Assembly (NCBI GenBank): GCA_019359535.1
Contig: JAHHHE010000003.1
Coordinates: 3,109 to 67,108, forward strand
Reading direction: 5' to 3'
DNA length: 64,000 bases
From: Gloeocapsa sp. UFS-A4-WI-NPMV-4B04
GTDB taxonomy: Bacteria; Cyanobacteriota; Cyanobacteriia; Cyanobacteriales; Chroococcidiopsidaceae
The position numbers were made by a program, and so were the translations under genes. Shown here piece after piece: positions 22,759 through 33,014 of the stretch (positions within the stretch are counted from its first letter, which is position 1; each line of letters starts with the position of its first letter). The notes below the pieces were generated by a model, which worked only from the letters and a program-made list of their open reading frames with translations, searched no databases and was not told where the DNA came from.

Positions 22759-23084
22759 CTGAGCCAGAAGCTCCGATAGAGTACCGCATTGAACTGACTC
22801 TCCTGGCTTTAGAGATGCTGGCTGAAGTTAACGATCAGCGCCACAGGGAAGGCTTGACTAATCGTATTGAAAAACTTAAGTCTGAGCCGGAGAAACAGGG
22901 CAAGCCTTTGGGAGATATACTTAAGGGCTATCGTAGTGTGCGGGCTGTTGGTGAGCGATACCGAATTATTTACAAAGTAGACCGTAATCTTATAGTAGTT
23001 CTGATTGTGGTGTTGGACTCCGCCGACAAGGCAACAGAAGTGATATTTATGCCACGATTGAGCGCTTACTCCAGGAGTAGTTAG
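22755..23084 (+). pseudogene. RelE/ParE-family toxin with an apparent C-terminal frameshift near 23010..23015
   Basis: The frame in use ends ...LIVVLIVVLDSADKATEVIFMPRLSAYSRSS. The adjacent frame from 23015 reads GLRRQGNRSDIYATIERLLQE* (stop at 23078..23080), which is the usual C-terminus of this family. Confidence 0.6.
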
Positions 23085-23220
23085 TAGGCTATGTTGGAAG
23101 CTATAAACATGATCACTTACTCAATCTTCTAGCTGCCTCCAATTACTTGTCAGCGCTAATTTGTAGTTAAATTTTGTTAAGATTAATTCGACAAAGCGCG
23201 ATCGCCCTTGGAGACACTTG

Positions 23221-24906
23221 ATGCTGCGACTAGAACATATTAGTAAAATCTACCCCACAGGCGAAGTTCTGAAAGATGTCAACTGGGAAGTCAAACCAGG
23301 CGATCGCATTGGCTTAGTTGGGGTTAATGGTGCAGGCAAATCTACCCAACTGAAAATCATTGCGGGCGAAATTGAACCCACCGCCGGAGAAGTGATCCGT
23401 CCTGCGAGTTTACACATCGCTTACCTTACCCAAGAATTTGAAGTAGATCCCACACGCACTGTAAAAGAAGAGTTGTGGCACGCCTTCGGCGAAGTAAACA
23501 CAGTACATGAATCGCTAACACAGGTTCATCGAGATCTGGAAAGTGCCAATCCAGAACAATTAGACAAATTGATCCATAAAATGGATCGCTTGCAACGGCA
23601 ATTTGAAGCCCTCAACGGCTATGGATTAGAGGCACAGATTGAGAAAATATTACCAGAAATGGGTTTTGAGCAATCAGATGGCGATCGCCTTGTCAGCGCT
23701 TTTAGTGGTGGCTGGCAAATGCGGATGAGTTTGGGCAAAATTTTACTCCAAAAGCCCGATTTATTGCTACTAGACGAGCCAACAAACCACCTTGATCTAG
23801 AAACGATAGAATGGTTGGAAATTTACCTTAAAGGGCTAACAACCCCAATGGTAATTGTCTCCCATGACCGAGAGTTCCTTGATCGCCTCTGCACCCAAAT
23901 TGTCGAAACTGAGCGCGGTGTTTCCAATACTTACCTTGGCAATTATTCTGCTTATTTATTACAAAAAGCAGAGGCGCAAACAGTACAACTAAGTGCCTAC
24001 GAACGCCAGCAAAAAGAACTAGAAAAACAACAAGCCTTTGTTGATCGCTTCCGTGCTAGTGCCACTCGTAGCACCCAAGCTAAAAGCCGTGAAAAGCAAT
24101 TAGATAAAATTGAGCGGGTTGAAGCACCGACAGGTGGGTTAAGAACTTTGCACTTCCGCTTTCCCCCAGCACCGCGTAGTGGGCGAGAAGTGGTACTGAT
24201 TGAAGACTTGGTGCATACCTACGACGAGAAAATTTTATTTTTAGAAGCGAATTTGCTGATTGAAAGAGGCGATCGCATTGCTTTCCTTGGCCCCAACGGT
24301 GCTGGTAAATCTACTCTACTGCGCCTGATTACGGGCATGGAAAAACCCACAGAAGGCACAGTTAAATTAGGGGATCATAATGTGATCCCCGGCTACTTTG
24401 AGCAAAATCAAGCCGAAGCGCTAGAACTTACCAAAACTGTGATGGAAACGATCCATGACGAAGTACCTGACTGGGACAATCAAGAAGTCCGCACCTTATT
24501 AGGACGCTTTCTATTTAGTGGTGACACAGTATATAAAAAAGTAGCAGCCTTGAGTGGAGGCGAAAAAGCCCGCCTTGCTTTGGCAAAAATGCTGTTGCGT
24601 CCAGCTAATTTACTTATATTAGATGAGCCGACTAACCACCTAGATATTCCAGCAAAAGAAATGCTAGAAGAATCAATTCAGCACTATGATGGTACGGTGA
24701 TTGTTGTTTCCCACGATCGCTATTTCATTTCCCAAGTTGCCAACAAAATTGTTGAGCTCCGCGACGGCGAGTTTCGCATCTATCGCGGGGATTATCATTA
24801 CTACCTAGACAAAATTGCGGCAGAAAAAGAGCAGGCAAGGTTAGAGGCGATCGCTGCTGAGAAAGCTGCTAAGAAAGCGGCTAAGGCTACTGCTAAACGT
24901 AAATGA
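23221..24906 (+). CDS. ABC-F family ATPase (two ATP-binding cassettes, no transmembrane domain)
   Basis: Two Walker A motifs (GVNGAGKST and GPNGAGKST), LSGG signatures, and a K/A-rich C-terminal tail. Confidence 0.9.
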   Translation: MLRLEHISKIYPTGEVLKDVNWEVKPGDRIGLVGVNGAGKSTQLKIIAGEIEPTAGEVIRPASLHIAYLTQEFEVDPTRTVKEELWHAFGEVNTVHESLTQVHRDLESANPEQLDKLIHKMDRLQRQFEALNGYGLEAQIEKILPEMGFEQSDGDRLVSAFSGGWQMRMSLGKILLQKPDLLLLDEPTNHLDLETIEWLEIYLKGLTTPMVIVSHDREFLDRLCTQIVETERGVSNTYLGNYSAYLLQKAEAQTVQLSAYERQQKELEKQQAFVDRFRASATRSTQAKSREKQLDKIERVEAPTGGLRTLHFRFPPAPRSGREVVLIEDLVHTYDEKILFLEANLLIERGDRIAFLGPNGAGKSTLLRLITGMEKPTEGTVKLGDHNVIPGYFEQNQAEALELTKTVMETIHDEVPDWDNQEVRTLLGRFLFSGDTVYKKVAALSGGEKARLALAKMLLRPANLLILDEPTNHLDIPAKEMLEESIQHYDGTVIVVSHDRYFISQVANKIVELRDGEFRIYRGDYHYYLDKIAAEKEQARLEAIAAEKAAKKAAKATAKRK

Positions 24907-25214
24907 ACAGAATCAGGACCTAAGAAACCCTTGGATAAGTTTTGCGAAAATTGCCACAACGATTATTGTTTGGTTTTGTCATAGTTTCCCAACAATTTTT
25001 CGCAACTTGAAATTGAGAACTAAGTTTATTTTTTCTAAGCTTTTAATTGCTGCTTACTTTTTGGTACTTACTTTAGAAGCAAAGAGCGATCCCCGCGTTA
25101 AAAGTAATAAAAGAAGTAGAAAAACTTTTAAAAACAACAAAAATTTCCCTTGCAGGTACAAATAGCAGTGGTATTATTGCGATGAGTTATCCAAAAAATA
25201 AAGGGCAATATTCT

Positions 25215-26810
25215 ATGACCCAAGCACCTGTCGCTCCCGTGGTGCTAGTCATTTTAGACGGGTGGGGCTACCGTGAGGAAACAGAAGGAAATGCTATTGC
25301 AGGCGCTAATATTCCTGTAATGAGAAGCCTTTGGGCTGCTTATCCTAAAACACTAATCAAAACTTCCGGTAAAGCAGTTGGGTTGCCAGAAGGTCAGATG
25401 GGGAATTCGGAAGTAGGACATATAAATATTGGCGCTGGGCGAGTAGTACCGCAAGAATTAGTGCGGATCTCAGATGCCGTTGAAGATGGTTCTATTTTGA
25501 GCAACCCAGCCTTGGTACAAATTTGTACTGAAGTTCGGAAGCGCAATAGTAAGTTGCACTTAATTGGGCTAACATCTTTGGGTGGAGTTCATTCCCATCT
25601 AAGTCATTTGTTAGGATTACTTGACTTAGCCAAGGCACAACAAATTTCAGAAGTTTGCATTCATGCGATTACAGATGGTCGTGATACTCTGCCGACAGAC
25701 GGGGTAGAAACAATCCAAAAAGTCCAAGATTACATAGATTTGTGTGGTGTTGGGCGCATTGTTACTGTTAGCGGTCGCTATTACGCAATGGATCGCGATC
25801 GCCGATGGGATAGAGTTAAACGCGCCTATGATGTGATGACACAAGACGAAATCACAGATAGTCGTTCTGCAATTGAAATTATCAAAGCATCCTACGCAAC
25901 AGGAGTAACAGACGAGTTTATTAACCCCACACGGCTGGCATCTGGATCTGTAGAACCAGGGGATGGAGTGATATTCTATAACTTCCGTCCAGATAGAGCA
26001 AGACAATTAACCCACGCTTTCGTCGCCAGCGATTTTAATGGTTTTGAACGGCAGCAAATTAGCCCTTTATCTTTTGTGACGTTTACTCAGTACGAGCCAG
26101 ATTTGCCAGTTTCAGTTGCCTTTGAACCGCAGAACTTGAATAATATCTTGGGAGAAGTGATTGCCCAGCATGGGCTAAAGCAGTTTCGGACTGCTGAGAC
26201 AGAGAAATATGCCCATGTCACGTACTTTTTTAATGGTGGACTTGAGGAGCCTTTTGAAGGTGAAGATCGGGAACTGGTAATGAGTCCAATGGTGGCGACT
26301 TATGATAGCGCTCCCGCAATGTCAGCTGACGCTGTTACCGATGTCGCGATCGCAGCCGTTAAAAAACGTATTTACTCATTGATTGTGATTAACTACGCTA
26401 ACCCCGATATGGTGGGACACACCGGACAGATACCAGCTACAATTACAGCAGTTGAAACAGTTGATCGATGTTTGGGGCGCTTGCTAGAAAGTATCAGCAA
26501 AGTCGGGGGTACAGCAATTATCACTGCCGATCATGGTAACGCTGAATATATGCGGGATGAGCATGGCAATGCCTGGACAGCGCATACTACCAATCCAGTC
26601 CCGTTGATCCTTGTTGAAGGAGAAACAGCAAAAATTTCGGGACATGGTAATGATGTTACCCTGCGAACGAATGGCAGTCTTGCCGATATTGCGCCGACAA
26701 TTCTAAATATTTTACAGCTACCGCAACCTGTTGAAATGAAAGGTTCTTCTCTAATAAAACAAGCTGAATATGAGGTAAGTGCTACTCGTACTGCTGTACA
26801 AGCTGTTTGA
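25215..26810 (+). CDS. gpmI: 2,3-bisphosphoglycerate-independent phosphoglycerate mutase
   Basis: iPGM-type translation (VLVILDGWGY...NSEVGHINIGAGR). I prefer the ATG at 25215 over 25182. Confidence 0.93.
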   Translation: MTQAPVAPVVLVILDGWGYREETEGNAIAGANIPVMRSLWAAYPKTLIKTSGKAVGLPEGQMGNSEVGHINIGAGRVVPQELVRISDAVEDGSILSNPALVQICTEVRKRNSKLHLIGLTSLGGVHSHLSHLLGLLDLAKAQQISEVCIHAITDGRDTLPTDGVETIQKVQDYIDLCGVGRIVTVSGRYYAMDRDRRWDRVKRAYDVMTQDEITDSRSAIEIIKASYATGVTDEFINPTRLASGSVEPGDGVIFYNFRPDRARQLTHAFVASDFNGFERQQISPLSFVTFTQYEPDLPVSVAFEPQNLNNILGEVIAQHGLKQFRTAETEKYAHVTYFFNGGLEEPFEGEDRELVMSPMVATYDSAPAMSADAVTDVAIAAVKKRIYSLIVINYANPDMVGHTGQIPATITAVETVDRCLGRLLESISKVGGTAIITADHGNAEYMRDEHGNAWTAHTTNPVPLILVEGETAKISGHGNDVTLRTNGSLADIAPTILNILQLPQPVEMKGSSLIKQAEYEVSATRTAVQAV

Positions 26811-26941
26811 ATAGTTAGTAATTTTAAGTTAAAAGAGGTAAAAATTAGGAGTGGACTAAGTTTAGTCTAGTTGTTGACAGGTTACTTCTTTAACTCAACA
26901 CTTAAAACTACTATTAGTAATAAGCTAATAAAATTATCACC

Positions 26942-27175
26942 ATGACTATTAATAACATCGTAGAAGCAATTTGGGTATTCTCTGCTGTAGGGTTGACTAT
27001 TTTAGTGCTACTGCATAGTCCCAAAGGAGATGGAGTTGGAGCTATTGGTGGACAAGCTCAGTTATTCAGTAGCACTAAGAGTGCAGAAACTACACTGAAC
27101 CGAGTCACTTGGGCGCTAACGGTGATATTTTTGGGTCTAACTGTAGTTTTGAGCGCAAATTGGCTAGGGCGATAA
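26942..27175 (+). CDS. secG: Preprotein translocase subunit SecG
   Basis: A 77-aa two-transmembrane-helix protein with LLHSPKGDG, directly after gpmI. Confidence 0.85.
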   Translation: MTINNIVEAIWVFSAVGLTILVLLHSPKGDGVGAIGGQAQLFSSTKSAETTLNRVTWALTVIFLGLTVVLSANWLGR

Positions 27176-27209
27176 CAACAAAAGACAAGGAGACAAGGAA
27201 AGAATATTA

Positions 27210-27992
27210 GTGCCAACTCCTTACTTTCTTTGTCGATGGCGATCCAAGCGTGTTAAGCGGTTATTGGGAATTTTAGGATTAGCGATTAACGTTGGGTTAT
27301 TCGTAGTTCTGCTCCAGGGGCAAGTAAGTGTTAATGCTAGGCTGGGATCAGAGGTTTTGGCGGCAGAACCAGGAATATCTATAGCTGCGATCGCTGATTT
27401 AAAACTCCATCCTTTGCCGCCAACACTGGGACAGTGGCAAGATCCCCAAAATAGTGGTGACTACTTCTCTTCAGTGAAACCAACTGAAGTAGGTTATTTG
27501 GTATGGTCAAAGTTTCCGATCAAGGTTTATATAGACTCTAGAAGTAGCAGCACTAAGCAAGCTCAAGCATGGTTTAACAGTGTTTTCCAGGCAGTGCAGG
27601 AGTGGAACGTTTACTTACCTCTAGTGGTAGTAGAACAACCAGAAGCTGCTGATATTACAATTTTGCGATCGCATCCACCACTAAATCGTAAAATCCCGCG
27701 TGCGCGATCGGCAGAAACCCGCTATGAGTTATACATTAGCAAAGCCATCCCAGGTGTTTTATCGCATCGCTGTACAATTCTACTTAGTCCCAGCCAAACA
27801 AATAATTACCTCCAAGCAGCCGCTCGTCACGAACTCGGTCATGCACTAGGAATTTGGGCCCATAGTCCAGTAAAAACCGATGCTTTGTACTTTGCTCAAG
27901 TTCGCAACCCACCCCCGATTTCTCCTAGAGACATCAATACCCTCAAGCGAGTTTATGAACAACCAACGCGCTTGGGGTGGCCAGTGCAATAG
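27210..27992 (+). CDS. Putative secreted zinc metalloprotease (HExxHxxG)
   Basis: An N-terminal transmembrane or signal segment, plus AARHELGHALGIWAHS. Confidence 0.5.
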   Translation: MPTPYFLCRWRSKRVKRLLGILGLAINVGLFVVLLQGQVSVNARLGSEVLAAEPGISIAAIADLKLHPLPPTLGQWQDPQNSGDYFSSVKPTEVGYLVWSKFPIKVYIDSRSSSTKQAQAWFNSVFQAVQEWNVYLPLVVVEQPEAADITILRSHPPLNRKIPRARSAETRYELYISKAIPGVLSHRCTILLSPSQTNNYLQAAARHELGHALGIWAHSPVKTDALYFAQVRNPPPISPRDINTLKRVYEQPTRLGWPVQ

Positions 27993-28138
27993 ACTTCGTG
28001 GCCTTAGTCGGGACAAGGGGAGCGGGGGAGCATTCTTAGCAGGGGAGCAGGGGACACAAGGTTAAAGGAATTCCCCAAAGCCTTTCTAGGAGCGCCCCTG
28101 AGCTTGTAAAAGTACCTTTTGCAAGAGATCTAATGATT

Positions 28139-29302
28139 TTAAGTTTTGGAATTTAAATAAGTTAAACCCGTTTTATGGCGCTGTTGCGCTAAAACTTGGC
28201 TATAGAGTTGTTCTAGCTGCGTGATATTGTCCTTGAGTGTATAACGCTCTAACACCCGTTGTCTTGCTTTTTGCCCTAATAGGGTTGTTAACTCAGGATG
28301 GTCTTGGCAAAGCGGCAGTAAAGTTCGCAATTCTGCCATTACTCGTTGCGTACTGAGAACCACACCTGCTCCGCCTTCTAAGACTTCAGCATCTGCTCCT
28401 GCGTCCGTTGCGAGACACGCCAGACCACAAGCCATTGCTTCTAATAGAGATATCGACAGTCCTTCCACTAGAGAAGGCAGAATAAAAACGTCTGCTCCTC
28501 GGAGAATTTCAATGCGGCGATTTTCATCCGCAACAAATCCTAGCCATTCGATGCCGTACTCGGAGCCATAAAACGGCTTTAAAGAGGATGTAAGTGGGCC
28601 ATCGCCAACAATGAGCAGCTTGCTATCTGATTTCATTTCTGCCTGCTTCCAGGCTCGTAGAAGTGCCTCTACGTTCTTTTCTGTTGCCAGCCGCCCCTGA
28701 TACACAAATAGGCGCTGGGCTTCAAATTCCTTTTTTAACTGCGAAGGGCCGGGAGAATACTTTTGTCCATCTACCCCGTTAGGAATTACGGCAACGTTTT
28801 CTGCTAGTAAACCTAGTCGTTCTAACAAGTCGCGTTGAACTTGAGAAAAAACAATCACGCGATCGTAATTAACTAAAAAAGGTGCGTAGAGTTGATACGC
28901 CAAAAGTTGTGTCCCCGATTTCAGTTTTGCTCCTTTACCAGCAAAAGGCGTGTGGAAAGTTGCAATCAAGGGCAAATTCAACTCAGCACAGATTTCTGGT
29001 AGCAGGAAGTCGAGAGGAGACAAAGTTAGGGAAGCATGAACCAAATCTGGCTTGAGTCGCCGTAGTGACTGGGTTAATACTTTAGTTGCTCTCAACGTAG
29101 GGATTGTATAAACCTGAGACTTGTAAATAAACGGTAGGGAAACTTCTAGGCAGTCTGGCCAGTTAGCCGGATCAACTTCTTGTTGGGCGAAGTGGAGGAA
29201 GCTAACCTGATGTCCTCGGTCTAATAAAGCATTCGTGACTTCTCGGCTATAAGTAACATTGCCACAAAACGGTGATTTTTTTCCAATCCAGGCAATACGC
29301 AT
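28139..29302 (-). CDS. Glycosyltransferase family 4 (GT-B fold)
   Basis: The C-terminal region PSLVEGLSISLLEAMACGL is typical of GT4/GT1 enzymes. Confidence 0.8.
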   Translation of the reverse strand: MRIAWIGKKSPFCGNVTYSREVTNALLDRGHQVSFLHFAQQEVDPANWPDCLEVSLPFIYKSQVYTIPTLRATKVLTQSLRRLKPDLVHASLTLSPLDFLLPEICAELNLPLIATFHTPFAGKGAKLKSGTQLLAYQLYAPFLVNYDRVIVFSQVQRDLLERLGLLAENVAVIPNGVDGQKYSPGPSQLKKEFEAQRLFVYQGRLATEKNVEALLRAWKQAEMKSDSKLLIVGDGPLTSSLKPFYGSEYGIEWLGFVADENRRIEILRGADVFILPSLVEGLSISLLEAMACGLACLATDAGADAEVLEGGAGVVLSTQRVMAELRTLLPLCQDHPELTTLLGQKARQRVLERYTLKDNITQLEQLYSQVLAQQRHKTGLTYLNSKT

Positions 29303-29395
29303 TCAGGGTGAAACTCGATTTTCTGATTTAGGTGAGAGACAGCAGGAGGAAGGAGGCAGAGGTTTCCCCTCGCCTATGAACATCTTTTTAGAGTG

Positions 29396-31111
29396 TTAGT
29401 TAACAGTTTGTGTCTCTGTACGGCAAATATACCAGGTTAAGACACCTCCTGCGATCGCGATCGCCGCTAAACTCAGAAAAACTGCTTGTAAACCAATGAG
29501 AGTTTCTGCGAAGCCTGCTAAAGCTAGAGGCAAAGTTAGGGCAATGTTAATCACGTTATTTTGAAGACCAAAAACTTTACCGCGCATTTCCGGCGGGGTT
29601 TCTTTTTGGATAGTTGTCTGCATGGGAATAGCTACTAGAGAGGCGAAGCTGCCTAAAAGGGCGATTAATAGCAGTACAAGCCACAATTGTTTGGTAAACA
29701 CGGATAGACCAATTAGCGAAGCTGCAATTCCCGCCGAACCATAGAGACTTAGAACAGTATGAGAAAAACGCTGACCAAAATTTCCTAGAAGCGTTGCACC
29801 GAGAGCGATCCCCACACCTCCAGATGCAAGTAAAAAGCCAAATTGGGAAGATTTCATCCCTGGAATCACTTCCGCCATTCGCACCGCCAGAACTGCCAAA
29901 GCAGCAAAAACGGAAAATAAAATTACGAGTTGAACCAAGGCATTGCGGATACGATGATTTTTGCCTAAATATTGCAATCCATCGCGCAAGTCTTGGAAAA
30001 CGTGGGGTACTTCTTGTGTGGGATCTGGGTGTTTTTCACCAGTTTTAAGCAGTAACAGCAGTCCTCCAGCGATCGCATAACTGCCACCTACAACTAATTC
30101 TTTGCCAAGTCCATTGGCAATTCCCAACTGATTTGTCACGGTATCTGCGATCGCCAGCAGTGGTTCACCTACCGCAAATCCCACGACAACCAAAGCCATC
30201 ATCGTAGTTGTGTACAGCGAGTTAGCCGATAGCAAATGACGATTTTCGACTACTAGAGGAATTGTTGCTTGTTCGGCTGGTGCAAAAAACTGTGTGAGTG
30301 TGGAAATCAAGAAAGAAAGTCCAAGTAGAATACCAAAACCTACTGGTAATCCCCCTAGAGGTTGCCAATCCTGAGTTAGCCACAGCAAAACGGGAATTGC
30401 CAAAACTAAGCCGCCACGTAGGACATTTGTTGCTACTAAAACTGCCTTTTTAGACCACCGATCTACAAACACGCCTGCAACAGAACCAAACAAAACGGCT
30501 GGTATTGTAAAAGCCATCATAATTGCCGATACCCAGCCGCTAATACTTTGGTTGCCCGTTTGAAAGCGACTAGAGATGATCGCAATCATCAACACCAGAT
30601 ATACCTTGTCTGCTAGCTGCGAGAAAACTTGACCACTCCACAAAGCTAGGAAATTGCGATTTCTTAAGACAGGCAAAAAGCCAATTTCTTTAGCTTCCTC
30701 ACCATCATCAGTAACAATATTCGACTGATTGCCAAAACCGCTTCCCCCCGATTCCGCTTTAATATCCTCGCTTTGATGGGGTGTTAGTGGTGTAGCGTCT
30801 GCTATTTCGTTTAGTTGTTCTACTATTGGGGTATTGCTTTCTTCCACGCCATTATTACTTTCAGGTTTTTCGCTAGCGATAGGGGACAAGCCCCCGCCAT
30901 GGGCTAACGCAGCATCGGCTAAAGAAGCTTCCTCTTGCTCACCATTAAGGTTCTGCCGGAATGTCTCTATTGCAGAAGTTTTACTGGCTGTAGACTTAGA
31001 AACAGGCAAGTAGGGATGGGAACCTTGTGCCGCCTCATTGTTGTGCGGACTTGTCCGATTAGAGGACGGTGTAAACATTTCTGTATCCAAATCAGACGGT
31101 TGCATCATCTT
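29396..31111 (-). CDS. MFS transporter with a long low-complexity N-terminal extension
   Basis: About 12 predicted transmembrane segments follow residue ~190. The probable start MMQPSD is at 31111 and overlaps the recO stop. The track start is 31219. Confidence 0.75.
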   Translation of the reverse strand, partial: KMMQPSDLDTEMFTPSSNRTSPHNNEAAQGSHPYLPVSKSTASKTSAIETFRQNLNGEQEEASLADAALAHGGGLSPIASEKPESNNGVEESNTPIVEQLNEIADATPLTPHQSEDIKAESGGSGFGNQSNIVTDDGEEAKEIGFLPVLRNRNFLALWSGQVFSQLADKVYLVLMIAIISSRFQTGNQSISGWVSAIMMAFTIPAVLFGSVAGVFVDRWSKKAVLVATNVLRGGLVLAIPVLLWLTQDWQPLGGLPVGFGILLGLSFLISTLTQFFAPAEQATIPLVVENRHLLSANSLYTTTMMALVVVGFAVGEPLLAIADTVTNQLGIANGLGKELVVGGSYAIAGGLLLLLKTGEKHPDPTQEVPHVFQDLRDGLQYLGKNHRIRNALVQLVILFSVFAALAVLAVRMAEVIPGMKSSQFGFLLASGGVGIALGATLLGNFGQRFSHTVLSLYGSAGIAASLIGLSVFTKQLWLVLLLIALLGSFASLVAIPMQTTIQKETPPEMRGKVFGLQNNVINIALTLPLALAGFAETLIGLQAVFLSLAAIAIAGGVLTWYICRTETQTVN

Positions 31112-32099
31112 TATGCGAAGAATTCGGCAAGGAAGCAAAATAACTATCGAGTAAGGCAGCAGAGCGAATTGGACGACCCAAGTGATATTGGGTATATTGA
31201 CGTAAAATTTGCTCAACAAATTGCCAGCTTGTATCTGGGGAAACAGACTTATCTAGTAATGATGTATTTAATTGATTTAGTTCTGCTCCTGCTAGCTGTT
31301 GGAGTAGAGCTAGTTCTGTTGCATTAATATAAGTGTTCATAACGGGTGTTTCTTGGCGATGAACAACCGTTTGGTAGCCCGTACTTGTTGCCTCAGCTAC
31401 GCTTCCTGCTTTAGAGGAATTTGTGTTTTGCGCCGCGATACCAGATGAAATAGCATAATTAACTGATTGCTTGGCTAAGGTAGGTGATTGTAGGCGTTTG
31501 TTTCCTTCTGCTTGTAAGCGTTCCAAGGCAGGCAAGCTAACCGTTCCACCTGCTGGCACACTAAATCCTACCCGCCAATTGGGAGCAGTAAAATCTGGCG
31601 TTAGCGATCGCTGTGTTAGGCAACAAACTTGAACTTGAGGTGTTATTCCTGCCAAGGCTAATAAGTGAAAGATAGCATGGGTTAAATGAGATAATACTAA
31701 AGAAGCAGGAGTGCTAGGCAACTGCTCTAAGCGGCTAAGATGTTCATTTAATAAGCAAAATAGTTCTGCTTGGGGTTGTTCGCTTAAAGCTTGACAAAGT
31801 ACCATTTCTGCTAGGTACTGACTAGCTGCTAGTTTGCCCAAGTGTTGACTAAGACCGGGATAAGATTCGAGGGTTTCGGCTTGAGTAATTTTATCAAGCG
31901 ATCGCCCTTTAGCAAGCAATAATTCATTAACTACAAATAAGCCACTTCTACCGCCCAGTTTGGAGTTTTGTTTACGCGCCCCTGGTGCTACGACGCGAAT
32001 CAAACCAAATTCTGGTGTCAAAATCGTTAGCAGCCGATCTGACTCGCCCAGTGGCATACTTTTAAGATTAATTCCAGTGGCTTTATAAGTTCGACTCAT
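31092..32099 (-). CDS. recO: DNA repair protein RecO
   Basis: The N-terminal OB-fold region reads [28 protein letters not shown]. Confidence 0.85.
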   Translation of the reverse strand: MSRTYKATGINLKSMPLGESDRLLTILTPEFGLIRVVAPGARKQNSKLGGRSGLFVVNELLLAKGRSLDKITQAETLESYPGLSQHLGKLAASQYLAEMVLCQALSEQPQAELFCLLNEHLSRLEQLPSTPASLVLSHLTHAIFHLLALAGITPQVQVCCLTQRSLTPDFTAPNWRVGFSVPAGGTVSLPALERLQAEGNKRLQSPTLAKQSVNYAISSGIAAQNTNSSKAGSVAEATSTGYQTVVHRQETPVMNTYINATELALLQQLAGAELNQLNTSLLDKSVSPDTSWQFVEQILRQYTQYHLGRPIRSAALLDSYFASLPNSSHKDDATV

Positions 32100-32139
32100 A
32101 TATTAGGGGCTAGGAACTAAAAGCTAAGAGCTGTTTGTG

Positions 32140-32823
32140 TTAGCGTCTTGCTTCTTTATCCAGGGTATCGCGTTGACGGATCAAATCGACACCGCGAGAC
32201 GTTCCTAACCTAGTTGCACCCGCCATAACTAAATCTAGTGCATGGTCAACAGTGTGAATCCCTCCCGATGCTTTAATACCTACTCGTTCCTTTGTCACTT
32301 CTTTTAAAAGTTGCACATCTGCCACTGTTGCACCCCCATTCCAGCCTGTACTGGTTTTCAAAAACGCTACTCCCGCTTCCATACATATTTCAGCTGCGAG
32401 TCGTTTTTCTGCATCCGTCAGCAGGTTAGTTTCCAAAATTGCCTTTACTGTCTTTCCGGTTTCCTCGCAAATTTCCGCAATTTCTCGGTGCAGTTCCTCG
32501 GTTTTGCCAGCTTTCAGCCAGCTTAAATTGATTACAACATCTAGCTCCGTTGCTCCATTTTCTACCGCTTCTTGAGCTTCGTACAACTTAGTTGCTGATG
32601 TTGTTGCACCGCTTGGAAATCCAATTACAGTACAGACTTTAGGATCTTTTCCGCGCAAGAGTTCAGCCGCTTGTCGCACGTATGCAGGATAGACACAAAC
32701 AGCTGCAAACTGAAATCTATCCGCTTCGTTACACCACTGTTCAACTTGTTCTGGGGTTGCAGTAGGGATCAGCAGAGTGTGATCAATTAAGGGAGCAATA
32801 TCATCGGAATAGTCTGCCGCCAT
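32140..32823 (-). CDS. deoC: Deoxyribose-phosphate aldolase
   Basis: IDHTLL, KTSTG and IKASGGI motifs are present. Confidence 0.92.
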   Translation of the reverse strand: MAADYSDDIAPLIDHTLLIPTATPEQVEQWCNEADRFQFAAVCVYPAYVRQAAELLRGKDPKVCTVIGFPSGATTSATKLYEAQEAVENGATELDVVINLSWLKAGKTEELHREIAEICEETGKTVKAILETNLLTDAEKRLAAEICMEAGVAFLKTSTGWNGGATVADVQLLKEVTKERVGIKASGGIHTVDHALDLVMAGATRLGTSRGVDLIRQRDTLDKEARR

Positions 32824-33014
32824 GATTTCTGTTCCCAGTAATCTATTTTTAAGTTTGATCAGATTAAGACAAGTTTAATTTTAGTTGGTTTGGGTAGTGA
32901 TTTAACGGTCTTGGAGTGGGGAAAGTGCGATCCAATCGCGCGTTTTATCTACGCATAGGTTCTAATTTGTTGCAAGCAGTGGCTGTCATCATCTTTATCT
33001 ACGGTTATTGGCAT

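Noticed and set aside
28103-28125. Hairpin CTTGTAAAAG-TAC-CTTTTGCAAG between the convergent metalloprotease and glycosyltransferase genes, considered as a notable element
   Set aside because: It is plausibly an ordinary bidirectional terminator. There is nothing unusual beyond that, so I did not list it as a finding.
31092-31219. The 128-nt overlap between recO and the MFS gene implied by the track coordinates
   Set aside because: Using the internal MMQPSD start at 31111 reduces the overlap to 20 nt. The extra upstream residues ([15 protein letters not shown]...) look non-genuine.
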